From Candidatus Bathyarchaeota archaeon (GTDB lineage Archaea; Thermoproteota; Bathyarchaeia; TCS64), in the NCBI GenBank assembly GCA_016930055.1, contig JAFGHP010000082.1, positions 3 to 64,002 on the forward strand: a stretch of DNA of 64,000 nt, written 5' to 3'. A program made the position numbers and the translations under genes. Of this stretch, positions 21,445 through 30,162 are shown piece after piece. Under the pieces are notes generated by a model. The model ran no database searches and was not told where the DNA came from. It saw only the letters and a program-made list of their open reading frames with translations. How positions within the stretch are numbered: the first letter of the stretch is position 1; each line of letters starts with the position of its first letter.

Positions 21445-21639
21445 GCCCACTAAAGCGACGCACCATGCAGACGGACTCCACAGAGGGCTACCAGTGATGA
21501 TGGGGTTACCCAGTCATGGCACAAGTGGGTAGGGTAGGCGTCGAATATCCTTACAATTTGAGAGAGCTCAGCGGAGTGGAGCGTTAGCTCCATACTGTGA
21601 AGCTGTGTGTTTGTTGTAAGGGACAGGGACGCCTGCCCT
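21445..21639 (+). ncRNA. unannotated two-domain structured RNA (~195 nt), H/ACA-guide-like
   Basis: GC-rich island. Helices 21445-51/21524-30, 21463-67/21515-19, 21531-42/21628-39, 21548-56/21614-22 and 21576-82/21587-93. G-U pairs indicate the + strand. ACA follows each inner hairpin. Confidence 0.75.
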
Positions 21640-21691
21640 CAAACCTTAAATTATTCGCATTCCCAGGATCGATTATAACTAAGGGGATAGA

Positions 21692-22774
21692 ATGGATACA
21701 GATACTCGATTCAAGTTATGTACACAAAATCTTCAAGAGATAATAACGAAAGATGAATTATTGAATTTATTAAATACTAATGATAAACCAAGAGGCTATG
21801 TTGGTTTTGAGCCAAGTGGTATGATGCACGCAGGAACTGGTCTTATTGTTGGAAAAAAAATGAAAGACTATGTTGAAGCAGGATTTCATTTTATAATTTA
21901 TCTAGCGGAATGGCATGGGTGGATTAATAATAAACTTGGTGGAGATTTAGAGAATATTAAAGCAGGTGCTGAATATTTTAAAGACTGCTTCACAGCACTG
22001 GGTTTACCAGAAGGTAAAGTAGAATATTTATGGGCTTCAGATATTGTTAGTCACAAAGACTACTGGGAAAAAGTAGTTAGAGTTATGAAATCAATGACAA
22101 TGAAAAGAGCCTTAAGATCAATGCCTATTATGGGAAGATCAGCAGAATCAGAGGATGTAGAAGCTTCTTGGGTGCTTTATCCTGCTTTACAAACTTGCGA
22201 TATATTTCAAATGGATCTTGATGCAGCTTGTTCCGGTATGGATCAGAGGAAAGTACATATGCTAGCAAGAGAAATTGCTCCTAAATTAAATTTTAAAACA
22301 CCGATATGTCTCCATTCTCCTTTACTTCCAGGCTTACAGAATACAACTATTCAAGGTTCATTTGATGATGATGAAAAAATAAACCGTTCAATTACAACTA
22401 AAATGAGTAAAAGTGTAGCTAAGGGTGCAATATGGGTTAATGATGAACCCTCAGAAATAAGAGAAAAATATAAAGAAGCTTTTTGCCCACCTAAACAAAT
22501 TGAAGGAAATCCAGTACTTGATCATGCTCGTATGGTAATATTCCCACATTTAGGAAAATTTGAAGTAAAACGTCCTAGTAAATTTGGTGGAGATGTTAGT
22601 TTTGAAACTTTTGAAGAACTCGCTACAACCTATTCTAATGGAAAACTTCACCCAATGGATCTTAAAATGACAATCGCTGAAGATATGATAAAATTATTGG
22701 AACCAGTTAGGGAATATTTCAAGAAAAAACCAGAAAACCTTGAGATAATGCGTTCTATAAAAGTTACAAGATAA
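21692..22774 (+). CDS. tyrS: tyrosine--tRNA ligase (archaeal type)
   Basis: YVGFEPSG, HAGT (HIGH-like), YPALQ..D, GMDQRK, KMSKS and LHPMDLK motifs. Confidence 0.96.
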   Translation: MDTDTRFKLCTQNLQEIITKDELLNLLNTNDKPRGYVGFEPSGMMHAGTGLIVGKKMKDYVEAGFHFIIYLAEWHGWINNKLGGDLENIKAGAEYFKDCFTALGLPEGKVEYLWASDIVSHKDYWEKVVRVMKSMTMKRALRSMPIMGRSAESEDVEASWVLYPALQTCDIFQMDLDAACSGMDQRKVHMLAREIAPKLNFKTPICLHSPLLPGLQNTTIQGSFDDDEKINRSITTKMSKSVAKGAIWVNDEPSEIREKYKEAFCPPKQIEGNPVLDHARMVIFPHLGKFEVKRPSKFGGDVSFETFEELATTYSNGKLHPMDLKMTIAEDMIKLLEPVREYFKKKPENLEIMRSIKVTR

Positions 22775-22778
22775 AAAA

Positions 22779-23783
22779 TTAGTAACCTAATTTATCAATT
22801 TTATTAACAAGATCCACTAGACGACAACTATAACCATATTCATTATCATACCATGCAACTACTTTTACTTGATTTCCAAGTACCATAGTACTAGTTGCAT
22901 CAACTATACTACTATGAGGATTATGGATATAATCAACACTTACTAATGGTTCATCATCTACTGTAAGTATTCCTTTAAGTTTCTTTTTTGCTACCTTTCT
23001 AAAAGTTTCATTTATCTCTTGTTTAGATACCTCTTTTTTAAGAATAGCATTAAAATCTACAAGACTTACATTAGGTACTGGGACACGGAACGCCATGCCA
23101 TCAAGCTTTCCATTGAGTTCAGGTATTACTTCACCAATTGCTGATGCTGCACCAGTAGTTGTCGGGATAATGCTTAATGCTCCTGCTCTCGCTCTACGAA
23201 GATCCTTATCTGCACGATCTAGTATCATTTGACTACTAGTATAAGCATGAATTGTAGTCATAAAACCTGTTTCAATACCATATGTATCGTTTAAAACTTT
23301 AGCTACCGGAGCAATACAATTTGTTGTACACGAAGCATTACTAATCAAGTGATGTTTTTTAGGATCATAAATTTCGTCATTAACACCCATAACTACTGTT
23401 AAATCAAGTTTCTTGCCAGGTGCTGCAACTACAACTTTTTTAGCTCCCGCTTTGAGATGTTTAGATGCACCTTCACGATCCTTAAACACATCACTTGATT
23501 CAATAACAACATCGATTCCTAGCTGCTTCCAAGGAAGCTTCTCAGGATCATTTTCCTTCAAAACTTTAACGGGTTTTTTATTAACTAATAAACTATCCTT
23601 ATCAACTTCAATTGGAAAAGGCGCTTTTCCATGCACACTATCATATTTTAATAAATGCGCAAGAATTTTAGCTTCTCCACGATTTATTGCTAAAACCTCA
23701 ATATCACTTTTTCTTTCGATCGCTGCGCGTAAAGCTAGACGACCAATTCTACCAAACCCGTTTATCGCGACTTTGATACCCAT
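22779..23783 (-). CDS. gap: type I (bacterial-type) glyceraldehyde-3-phosphate dehydrogenase
   Basis: INGFGRIGR, SNASCTTNC, IIPTTTGAA and WYDNE motifs. Confidence 0.95.
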   Translation of the reverse strand: MGIKVAINGFGRIGRLALRAAIERKSDIEVLAINRGEAKILAHLLKYDSVHGKAPFPIEVDKDSLLVNKKPVKVLKENDPEKLPWKQLGIDVVIESSDVFKDREGASKHLKAGAKKVVVAAPGKKLDLTVVMGVNDEIYDPKKHHLISNASCTTNCIAPVAKVLNDTYGIETGFMTTIHAYTSSQMILDRADKDLRRARAGALSIIPTTTGAASAIGEVIPELNGKLDGMAFRVPVPNVSLVDFNAILKKEVSKQEINETFRKVAKKKLKGILTVDDEPLVSVDYIHNPHSSIVDATSTMVLGNQVKVVAWYDNEYGYSCRLVDLVNKIDKLGY

Positions 23784-23872
23784 CCGATAAACCTCATAGA
23801 TAATTATCTACCAGCTTCTTAAGAGTACCTCTAATCGACAAGGTTTTTATGCTTAGACACGACTGATTACGT

Positions 23873-24033
23873 GCGTCTACAGACGTAAATATCACTCTCA
23901 CCGCAGGGTGGATAACTAAAAAATATGTTACTCCTTGCACAAACATTGGCCTCATGATCACCATAGGCATTGAAAGTTCAAACCTAGGTAGGCCCCAGAG
24001 GAAATTAGGGGTGCCTGCGGCTAGAGTGATATT
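23873..24033 (+). ncRNA. structured RNA / 5' leader upstream of dnaG
   Basis: Nested helices 23888-98/24023-33 (11 bp perfect), 23901-07/24014-20, 23930-35/24007-12, 23948-52/23990-94, 23960-62/23987-89, 23964-67/23983-86 and 23970-73/23978-81. TATA-like AAGGTTTTTAT at 23840-50. Confidence 0.7.
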
Positions 24034-24061
24034 AAAGAAGGCATCTGAGTTGCAGGCAGAA

Positions 24062-25177
24062 ATGGAAAAAAAAGATCAATACACAGGAATAAAATATAAC
24101 ATTATTGCACAATTTGTTATTGAAGGTATTGTAGAAAAACACGATGTTATAGGAGCAATTTTTGGTCAGACTGAAGGATTATTTCCTAAAGATTTCGAGT
24201 TACGAGAATTACAAAGATCTGGTAAAATAGGTCGAATCGATATAGAATTAAAATCAGCTAATGATAAAACAACAGGTACTATTACCGTACCTAGTAGCCT
24301 CGATAAGCCAGAAACAGCTGTTATTGCAGCAGCTATGGAAACTGTTGATAGAGTAGGCCCATGTGAAGCAAAGGTAAACATTGAAAGTATCAGAGATATA
24401 CGAGTCGATAAATTAAAGCAAATTCAAGAAAGAGCTAAAGAATTAATGCGTGATTGGAAAGTAAAAGAAACCCATGATATAGAAGTAATGCTTGATCAAA
24501 TAAGTCAAGAAGATAAAAAAGTTGAACCAATACATTATGGACGTGAAAGGCTTACAGCTACACCGGATATTAGTAAACGAAAAGAAATAATTATTGTTGA
24601 GGGAAGAGCAGATATTATCAACCTTTTAAGAGCAGGAATAAGTGGAGCGATTGCTGTTGAAGGCGTCAAAATTCCAAAAACAATTAGGGACTTATCAAAA
24701 AAGGTTGAAATAACAGCATTTTTGGATGGAGATAGAGGAGGAGACCTTATATTAAAAGAGTTAATGCAAGTAGCAAAACCAAAATATGTTGCCAGAGCTC
24801 CCCGAGGATCTGAAGTTGAAGAATTAACTCCCGAACAAATCAAACAAGCTTTAGCAGGAAAAGTTCCAGTTGAAGAAGCTGTTGTTCCAATAACAAGTGA
24901 ATATGTAAATCTAGTAAAGGAACTTAAGGGTACACTAGAAGCGATACTTATTGGCAATGATGGGAAACAACTTTCACGTTTTCCAGTTGCAGAATTGGTT
25001 GAGAAACTAAAAGATACTAATGATATCCAAGCAGTTATTTTTGATGGGATAATCACTGGTAGATTGATAGATGTTGCAGTTGAGAAAAAAGTGAAAGCAA
25101 TAGTTGGAGATCGAATAGCAGAAGGTGCACGTATTCCAACAGGGATAGAACTAAAAATATTCAAAGAGATCTCTTAA
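24062..25177 (+). CDS. dnaG: archaeal DnaG (TOPRIM; exosome-associated)
   Basis: GAIFGQTEGL, IGRI, VGPC, VEGRAD and FLDGDRGGDLI motifs. Start at 24062 preferred because the upstream 36 codons overlap the structured RNA. Confidence 0.93.
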   Translation: MEKKDQYTGIKYNIIAQFVIEGIVEKHDVIGAIFGQTEGLFPKDFELRELQRSGKIGRIDIELKSANDKTTGTITVPSSLDKPETAVIAAAMETVDRVGPCEAKVNIESIRDIRVDKLKQIQERAKELMRDWKVKETHDIEVMLDQISQEDKKVEPIHYGRERLTATPDISKRKEIIIVEGRADIINLLRAGISGAIAVEGVKIPKTIRDLSKKVEITAFLDGDRGGDLILKELMQVAKPKYVARAPRGSEVEELTPEQIKQALAGKVPVEEAVVPITSEYVNLVKELKGTLEAILIGNDGKQLSRFPVAELVEKLKDTNDIQAVIFDGIITGRLIDVAVEKKVKAIVGDRIAEGARIPTGIELKIFKEIS

Positions 25178-25190
25178 ATCTCAACTTTTT

Positions 25191-25871
25191 TTACTTTCTT
25201 AGTCGACGTCTAAGTGCTGGGTATTTATAAATTAAAGTATTAAAAACATCACTAAAACTTTCTTCAGGTGAAAGTTCTCTTTTTAAATAGACACCTGTAT
25301 GCCCAACTTTATTTCTTCTTAAAAGTGTTCTGACTCGCTCATTCACAATTTTGGGATCCACATTAAGAAGTTTAGCAACTTCTCCTTCTCTGCCAATTAT
25401 TTCAGATTCAACATGACCGTCTTTTGTTGGTTCAATTAACATTAACCTTTTATCAACTCCTAATACACGTTGACTTTCAAGCAATTGTTGAAGACTCAAA
25501 GATCCAGCAAACGTATAAAAATCCATTTCAGTTGATCTTAACGGAACAAGAGGAAAGGAATAAGAAGTCAATTCATCAAGAAATATGTACCCTTTAGCAG
25601 CATAATTGGGAGTAGCTTGTATTATTTGTCTTTGATTTGATTCAAATCCAGCTATTTCAATATTAGTTTCAATTATTTCTGGTGAAGGAGGGGAAGGAAA
25701 AAAAATATCTATATCACTTCCAAAATTTACATCACCTCTAGCAATACTACCATAAACTAAACAATCCGTATGTAATGATTGAAATTTAGACATCAATTTT
25801 ATAGCTTTTTCACGTAAACTAATTAATAAATTCCAATGAATTTCATCATAATTGATATAGATTTGGTCCAG
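25191..25871 (-). CDS. archaeal nucleotidyltransferase-domain protein (probable CTG start at 25871)
   Basis: YGSIARGDV..SDID, GVDKRL and ERVR.L.RR..GHTGV motifs; frame open upstream to CTG with GGTG SD. Confidence 0.8.
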   Translation of the reverse strand: MDQIYINYDEIHWNLLISLREKAIKLMSKFQSLHTDCLVYGSIARGDVNFGSDIDIFFPSPPSPEIIETNIEIAGFESNQRQIIQATPNYAAKGYIFLDELTSYSFPLVPLRSTEMDFYTFAGSLSLQQLLESQRVLGVDKRLMLIEPTKDGHVESEIIGREGEVAKLLNVDPKIVNERVRTLLRRNKVGHTGVYLKRELSPEESFSDVFNTLIYKYPALRRRLRK

Positions 25872-25926
25872 GTACTACACCAAATAATAATAAGAAGCTC
25901 TGCTTATATCTCAACTTACTATATAT

Positions 25927-26778
25927 GTGATAACCTTGAATAATGATCCAATTATTACTCTATTCATTTTCGTTACATTATGGTTTATTTTTTATGGAAT
26001 TGTTAAAATAAAAAAACTAGAGAAGCCTGGTTTCCAAATGAATTCCTTTTATGCAATTTATAGCTCTACACGTTTAAATGGTTTCATCGAGAAAATAGCA
26101 AAATGGAATCCGAGGTTTTGGAATGTTTTTGGGAATTTAGGTATAGCAATGAGTATTGGTCAAGCATCTTTTGCTGCTTATATTTTATTTAGAAATTTGA
26201 TACGTTTTATTTGGACACCAGAGACTGCGAGTCCTGTTCAACCATTAATTCTCGGTGTTACCATTAGTTGGGAGAGTATCCCTTGGTTTTTATTAGCTGC
26301 TGGTATAGTTTTACTTACACACGAGATAAGTCATGGAATACAATGTTATGTTGAAGGAGTTCCAATTAAATCCTCAGCAATTTTAGTAGCAATAATAACC
26401 TTTGGAGGAGCAGTTGAGCCTGATGAAGAAGCAATAACGAATGCCAAAAAAATGAGTAAAATGAGGATATTCGCAGCTGGTAGTTTCATAAACTTAGTAA
26501 TCGGTTTATCAGTTATTCCAATTTTAATTTTATTTAACTCCTACTTACCAATACAATTTCAATTATTATTCACTTGGTTATATTTAATTTCAATAAATTT
26601 ATCAATAATGAATATGCTACCAATCGGTCCTTTAGATGGAGGACAAATGCTTAGAACAGCAACAATGAATCTTAAAAATGGGGGTCTTTATGAAAAAGCT
26701 TTCACTTTTGGATGTCTAGCTTTAATATGTGGTAATATTATGTTAAGTTTTGTTCACTTTGGTTTTGTTCAAATGTAA
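25927..26778 (+). CDS. site-2 protease (peptidase M50)
   Basis: HEISH, GAVEP, AAGS..N and NMLPIGPLDGG motifs. Confidence 0.92.
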   Translation: MITLNNDPIITLFIFVTLWFIFYGIVKIKKLEKPGFQMNSFYAIYSSTRLNGFIEKIAKWNPRFWNVFGNLGIAMSIGQASFAAYILFRNLIRFIWTPETASPVQPLILGVTISWESIPWFLLAAGIVLLTHEISHGIQCYVEGVPIKSSAILVAIITFGGAVEPDEEAITNAKKMSKMRIFAAGSFINLVIGLSVIPILILFNSYLPIQFQLLFTWLYLISINLSIMNMLPIGPLDGGQMLRTATMNLKNGGLYEKAFTFGCLALICGNIMLSFVHFGFVQM

Positions 26779-26891
26779 CTAAACTTTGTTTTAAATCTAT
26801 TTATTAAAAAATATTTTATTAAATCAAGAGTTTATTAATAAAAATTATTTATTCTGCGTAATAGTTTTATCCATTGATACTAAGATATTTA

Positions 26892-27214
26892 TGCAGTGGC
26901 GGGTAGGACCGGGGAGCTAGCCCTGCCCCAAACCTCTAATGGGCTACAAGGGGGGTCAGTAACTTCAACGTGGATCTGAGGAAGCTTTGGGTGTGGAGCC
27001 AAGTTTTCCGTCGATATCCTGCCCCATGGGGCTAGCGGCTGTTTCATCCATTCTTGTAGAGGAATGGAGGAGCACTGAATGGGCGAACCTGGCCAGGCCC
27101 GGGAGGGAGCAACCTAAGTCTTAACGTTTGGCGCTCATGGGATCGTGGGATGGAGGAAGACGAAGCAAACCTACTCATAGCCAGTCAGTGAGACAGAGGG
27201 GGGCCGTCACTGCA
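26892..27214 (+). ncRNA. ffs: archaeal SRP (7S) RNA
   Basis: Helix 8 GGCCAGGCCC-GGGA-GGGAGCAACC; terminal helix TGCAGTGGCGG/CCGTCACTGCA; ~320 nt and GC-rich. Confidence 0.95.
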
Positions 27215-27274
27215 CCCACTTTCATCCATCTCTTAAACATATAAGCTATGAAAAATATTTCATAATGAACAATC

Positions 27275-28567
27275 TTGAGCCAAGTTAAGGATTTCTTCTT
27301 TGATGAGTTTTATGCAGAATTACTTCAGATAATTACTTATATTAAAAATGAAAACGAAAAAATACAGAAAGGATCTATTCTATTTGAAGATTTAAAAAAT
27401 ATATGGGATGATTATAAAATCGTAGCAGAAGCGCCACAAGAATCTTTAATTGCTGTAGATGGAGGCGTTCAAATAAGTAATTTTGCGTATGGGGAATTTG
27501 TTGCTGTAGGAAGAGCATGTGCAATAATCCAAAGACATGGCCAAGATAGAAAATTGGAGAAGAAAGTTAAGGTATACATCGATAAAGTTTATGATAATAG
27601 AGACAAAGGATTCATACCTGGCTATGTTAGAACAATTTGCGAGTACGAAGCTGCCTACTCCGCTGCTTTACATGTGATTGAAGAAGGTGGAAATCCAGTT
27701 ATTCTATTAGATGGGAGTCTTTATTTCAGCAGGTTTCCTTATGCAATTAGGGAATATAGGCATCACCCGGTTCTTTTAAAAGAACTTTTCGATGCAATTT
27801 CTAAATTAAGATGTTTAGGGAGAGATATGGACATACCAATTATAGCAGTATCAAAAGATTCTTCTGTTTTTTATCTCTATATGGAACTTTTAAGAAAAAA
27901 GATCCAAAGAGAGGGAGAAAAAGATCTATTAAATTTGATTAAAGATGCCTCTACACCAATGGATCTTTGGGTTATATCCGAAAAATTAAATGATGATGAT
28001 AAAGAAGTATTGAAACCATTCATAGAAAGTAGACCTTTATGTGACACAAAATTAATAGAGTTTTCAAACATTGAAGAGGGATATTCTCAGCCATTATATG
28101 TTGCGCCAAGCATCTATTATTCAAGAGATAGAACAATACCAGCATTTTATAATCTGTTAGATAAAACACTTGAAAAAGAGACATCAAAAAAAATGAAAGA
28201 ATCCTTTGAAGCTTTTTTTGGATGCCCAGGAGTAGCTACAATTTACTGGAAACCAAAAGAGAATGCCCGTGTATTTAGAGTAGATATACTCTCATCAATA
28301 TTAGGGGATAATGAACCCTGGTCTGAAAAGAAAAGAAACGAGTTAATGCGGCATTATAATAAAGAACGTGTTGAAAAAATCTTATATCACTTAAATTATT
28401 GGTATTGTAATGATGTTGAGTATAATTTGCCACTTAAACAAGCCGATATGCTTGCCCGTTTTGATAGAAAATTATATCGAGATAAATATGAACCATTCAT
28501 TATCAGAAGGTTGGAAGAAGCAGGATTAGAGGTCAGAGGAACCCGTAGAATGCTTAGGGAGTTTTAA
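27275..28567 (+). CDS. nurA: NurA 5'-3' nuclease
   Basis: IAVDGG, LLDGSL and VSKDS motifs; first gene of the herA-mre11-rad50 operon. Confidence 0.85.
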   Translation: MSQVKDFFFDEFYAELLQIITYIKNENEKIQKGSILFEDLKNIWDDYKIVAEAPQESLIAVDGGVQISNFAYGEFVAVGRACAIIQRHGQDRKLEKKVKVYIDKVYDNRDKGFIPGYVRTICEYEAAYSAALHVIEEGGNPVILLDGSLYFSRFPYAIREYRHHPVLLKELFDAISKLRCLGRDMDIPIIAVSKDSSVFYLYMELLRKKIQREGEKDLLNLIKDASTPMDLWVISEKLNDDDKEVLKPFIESRPLCDTKLIEFSNIEEGYSQPLYVAPSIYYSRDRTIPAFYNLLDKTLEKETSKKMKESFEAFFGCPGVATIYWKPKENARVFRVDILSSILGDNEPWSEKKRNELMRHYNKERVEKILYHLNYWYCNDVEYNLPLKQADMLARFDRKLYRDKYEPFIIRRLEEAGLEVRGTRRMLREF

Positions 28568-28569
28568 AA

Positions 28570-30153
28570 ATGATAGAATATGGTGTAGTAATTGGAAATG
28601 CAACTCCTAGTTTCTTTGATTTTAATATACAAAATTTAAGGCATAGACCTGTAGCCTATGAATATGTACAAATAAAAATTGAAGAACCCCAACCAGATGG
28701 ATCAATTAAAAAATTTGATGTTCTTGGGCAAGTCAAATCAATTACTTCGAAGCATCCATTCTACGACGAAAGAACGACACCAGGTGCTGCATGGAAACAA
28801 CGTGAACTAGGCGCAGGGGAAGACCTTATACAAGTAATAGCTACTACGAAAATTTTGGGTTATTTAAATACTGAGAAAGGTAGAAGTGAAGTTAAAAGAC
28901 CCCGATCTCCACCTTTACCTGGAACACCAGTTTATCGAGCTTCCGATAACTTGTTAGAAAATCTTTTCAAATTAGGAGAAGAGGAAATCCCATTAGAAGT
29001 AGGTTATCTTCTACATAGAAACAATATCTCTATTCCAATTTCTGGTAAAGAGCTGCACAGACATACAGCGATTCTGGCTATGACACGGTATGGGAAAAGT
29101 TACTTCGCTGGAAGAATAATGGAACAATTATTGAGAAAAGGAGCGACCATTCTGGTTATAGATGCTCATGGAGATTATGCAAACATGATATATACACCAG
29201 ATGGTGTTCCACACCAATTCTACAGAGATAAAATTACAGTATTTAAACCTCAAGGATCTGAAGATTATAAATCTGAACATGTAAAATTACTTAATCTTTC
29301 TATTACTCAATGTGGATTTTCAGAATTATGTAGATTAGCACGTATTGATGGAAGTCTTCAAAGAGTAATACTTAGACGTATTCTAAAAACTTTGAAAAAA
29401 GATAAACCCCAATATACTATTGATAATATAATTGATAAACTTGAAGAGGAAATTAATGAAGGTAATGCAGAAACACAACGTAGAATTTCTAGAATTATTG
29501 AGCGATTAGAAGATCTTGAAACGCAAAAAATTTTTACTGAAGGAGAACTTGACGTAAAAGTTCTTTTTAAACCAATGCACCTTTCAAACATTTTCTTAAG
29601 TGGGATAATAGACAGTACGCAAGACGTTCTGGTTGGAATATTATTAAGAACTGTTTTTAATGCTAAATATAATCAAGAAGCATGGGCTAGATTCCCAATA
29701 TTTATTTTTGTTGAGGAGGCTCATAGATTTGCAGCACCACAAGATGAAAGTGGAGGAAAATTCAGTAGAGATATTATTGCTAGAATTGCAGCTGAGGGTG
29801 CCAAATTTGGTGTATTTTTAACGGTTATTAGTCAACGCCCAAGACGTATTGATCCCGATATTTTAAGTAATTGTAGTAATCTAGCCATTCTAAGAGTAGT
29901 TAATAATCAAGACCAAAATACAATCCAAGCAGCATCAGAAGCATTTAGTGAAGACTTGTTGTCAGATTTACCTGCTTTAGAACAAGGTGAAGCTGTTCTT
30001 GTAGGACCTTTCGTACCAGTCCCTGTTATGGTTAAAACAGCTGAGAGGGAAACTAAACATGGAGGAAGAACACCCGAGATAACCAAACTTCTCATTGAAG
30101 CTATTGAAAAGGCTGAAGAAGAAAAAGAAAGATTGAATAGGAGACTTTATTAG
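28570..30153 (+). CDS. herA: HerA helicase/translocase (divergent motifs)
   Basis: HAS barrel, RHTAILAMTRYGKS, IDAHGDY, VEEAH, SQRP, D.ILSNC and LPAL..GEA motifs. Confidence 0.9.
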   Translation: MIEYGVVIGNATPSFFDFNIQNLRHRPVAYEYVQIKIEEPQPDGSIKKFDVLGQVKSITSKHPFYDERTTPGAAWKQRELGAGEDLIQVIATTKILGYLNTEKGRSEVKRPRSPPLPGTPVYRASDNLLENLFKLGEEEIPLEVGYLLHRNNISIPISGKELHRHTAILAMTRYGKSYFAGRIMEQLLRKGATILVIDAHGDYANMIYTPDGVPHQFYRDKITVFKPQGSEDYKSEHVKLLNLSITQCGFSELCRLARIDGSLQRVILRRILKTLKKDKPQYTIDNIIDKLEEEINEGNAETQRRISRIIERLEDLETQKIFTEGELDVKVLFKPMHLSNIFLSGIIDSTQDVLVGILLRTVFNAKYNQEAWARFPIFIFVEEAHRFAAPQDESGGKFSRDIIARIAAEGAKFGVFLTVISQRPRRIDPDILSNCSNLAILRVVNNQDQNTIQAASEAFSEDLLSDLPALEQGEAVLVGPFVPVPVMVKTAERETKHGGRTPEITKLLIEAIEKAEEEKERLNRRLY

Positions 30154-30162
30154 GTGACGTAA

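Noticed and set aside
21445-21691. T-box riboswitch, RNase P RNA or HDV-like/twister ribozyme upstream of tyrS
   Set aside because: No UGGNACC T-box, no GAGGAAAGUCC or CR-V pair, and no HDV L3/P1.1 or twister core. A separate TATA-like box precedes tyrS.
23954-24061. 36-aa N-terminal extension of DnaG
   Set aside because: It overlaps the GC-rich nested helices, and DnaG-like sequence begins only after ATG 24062.
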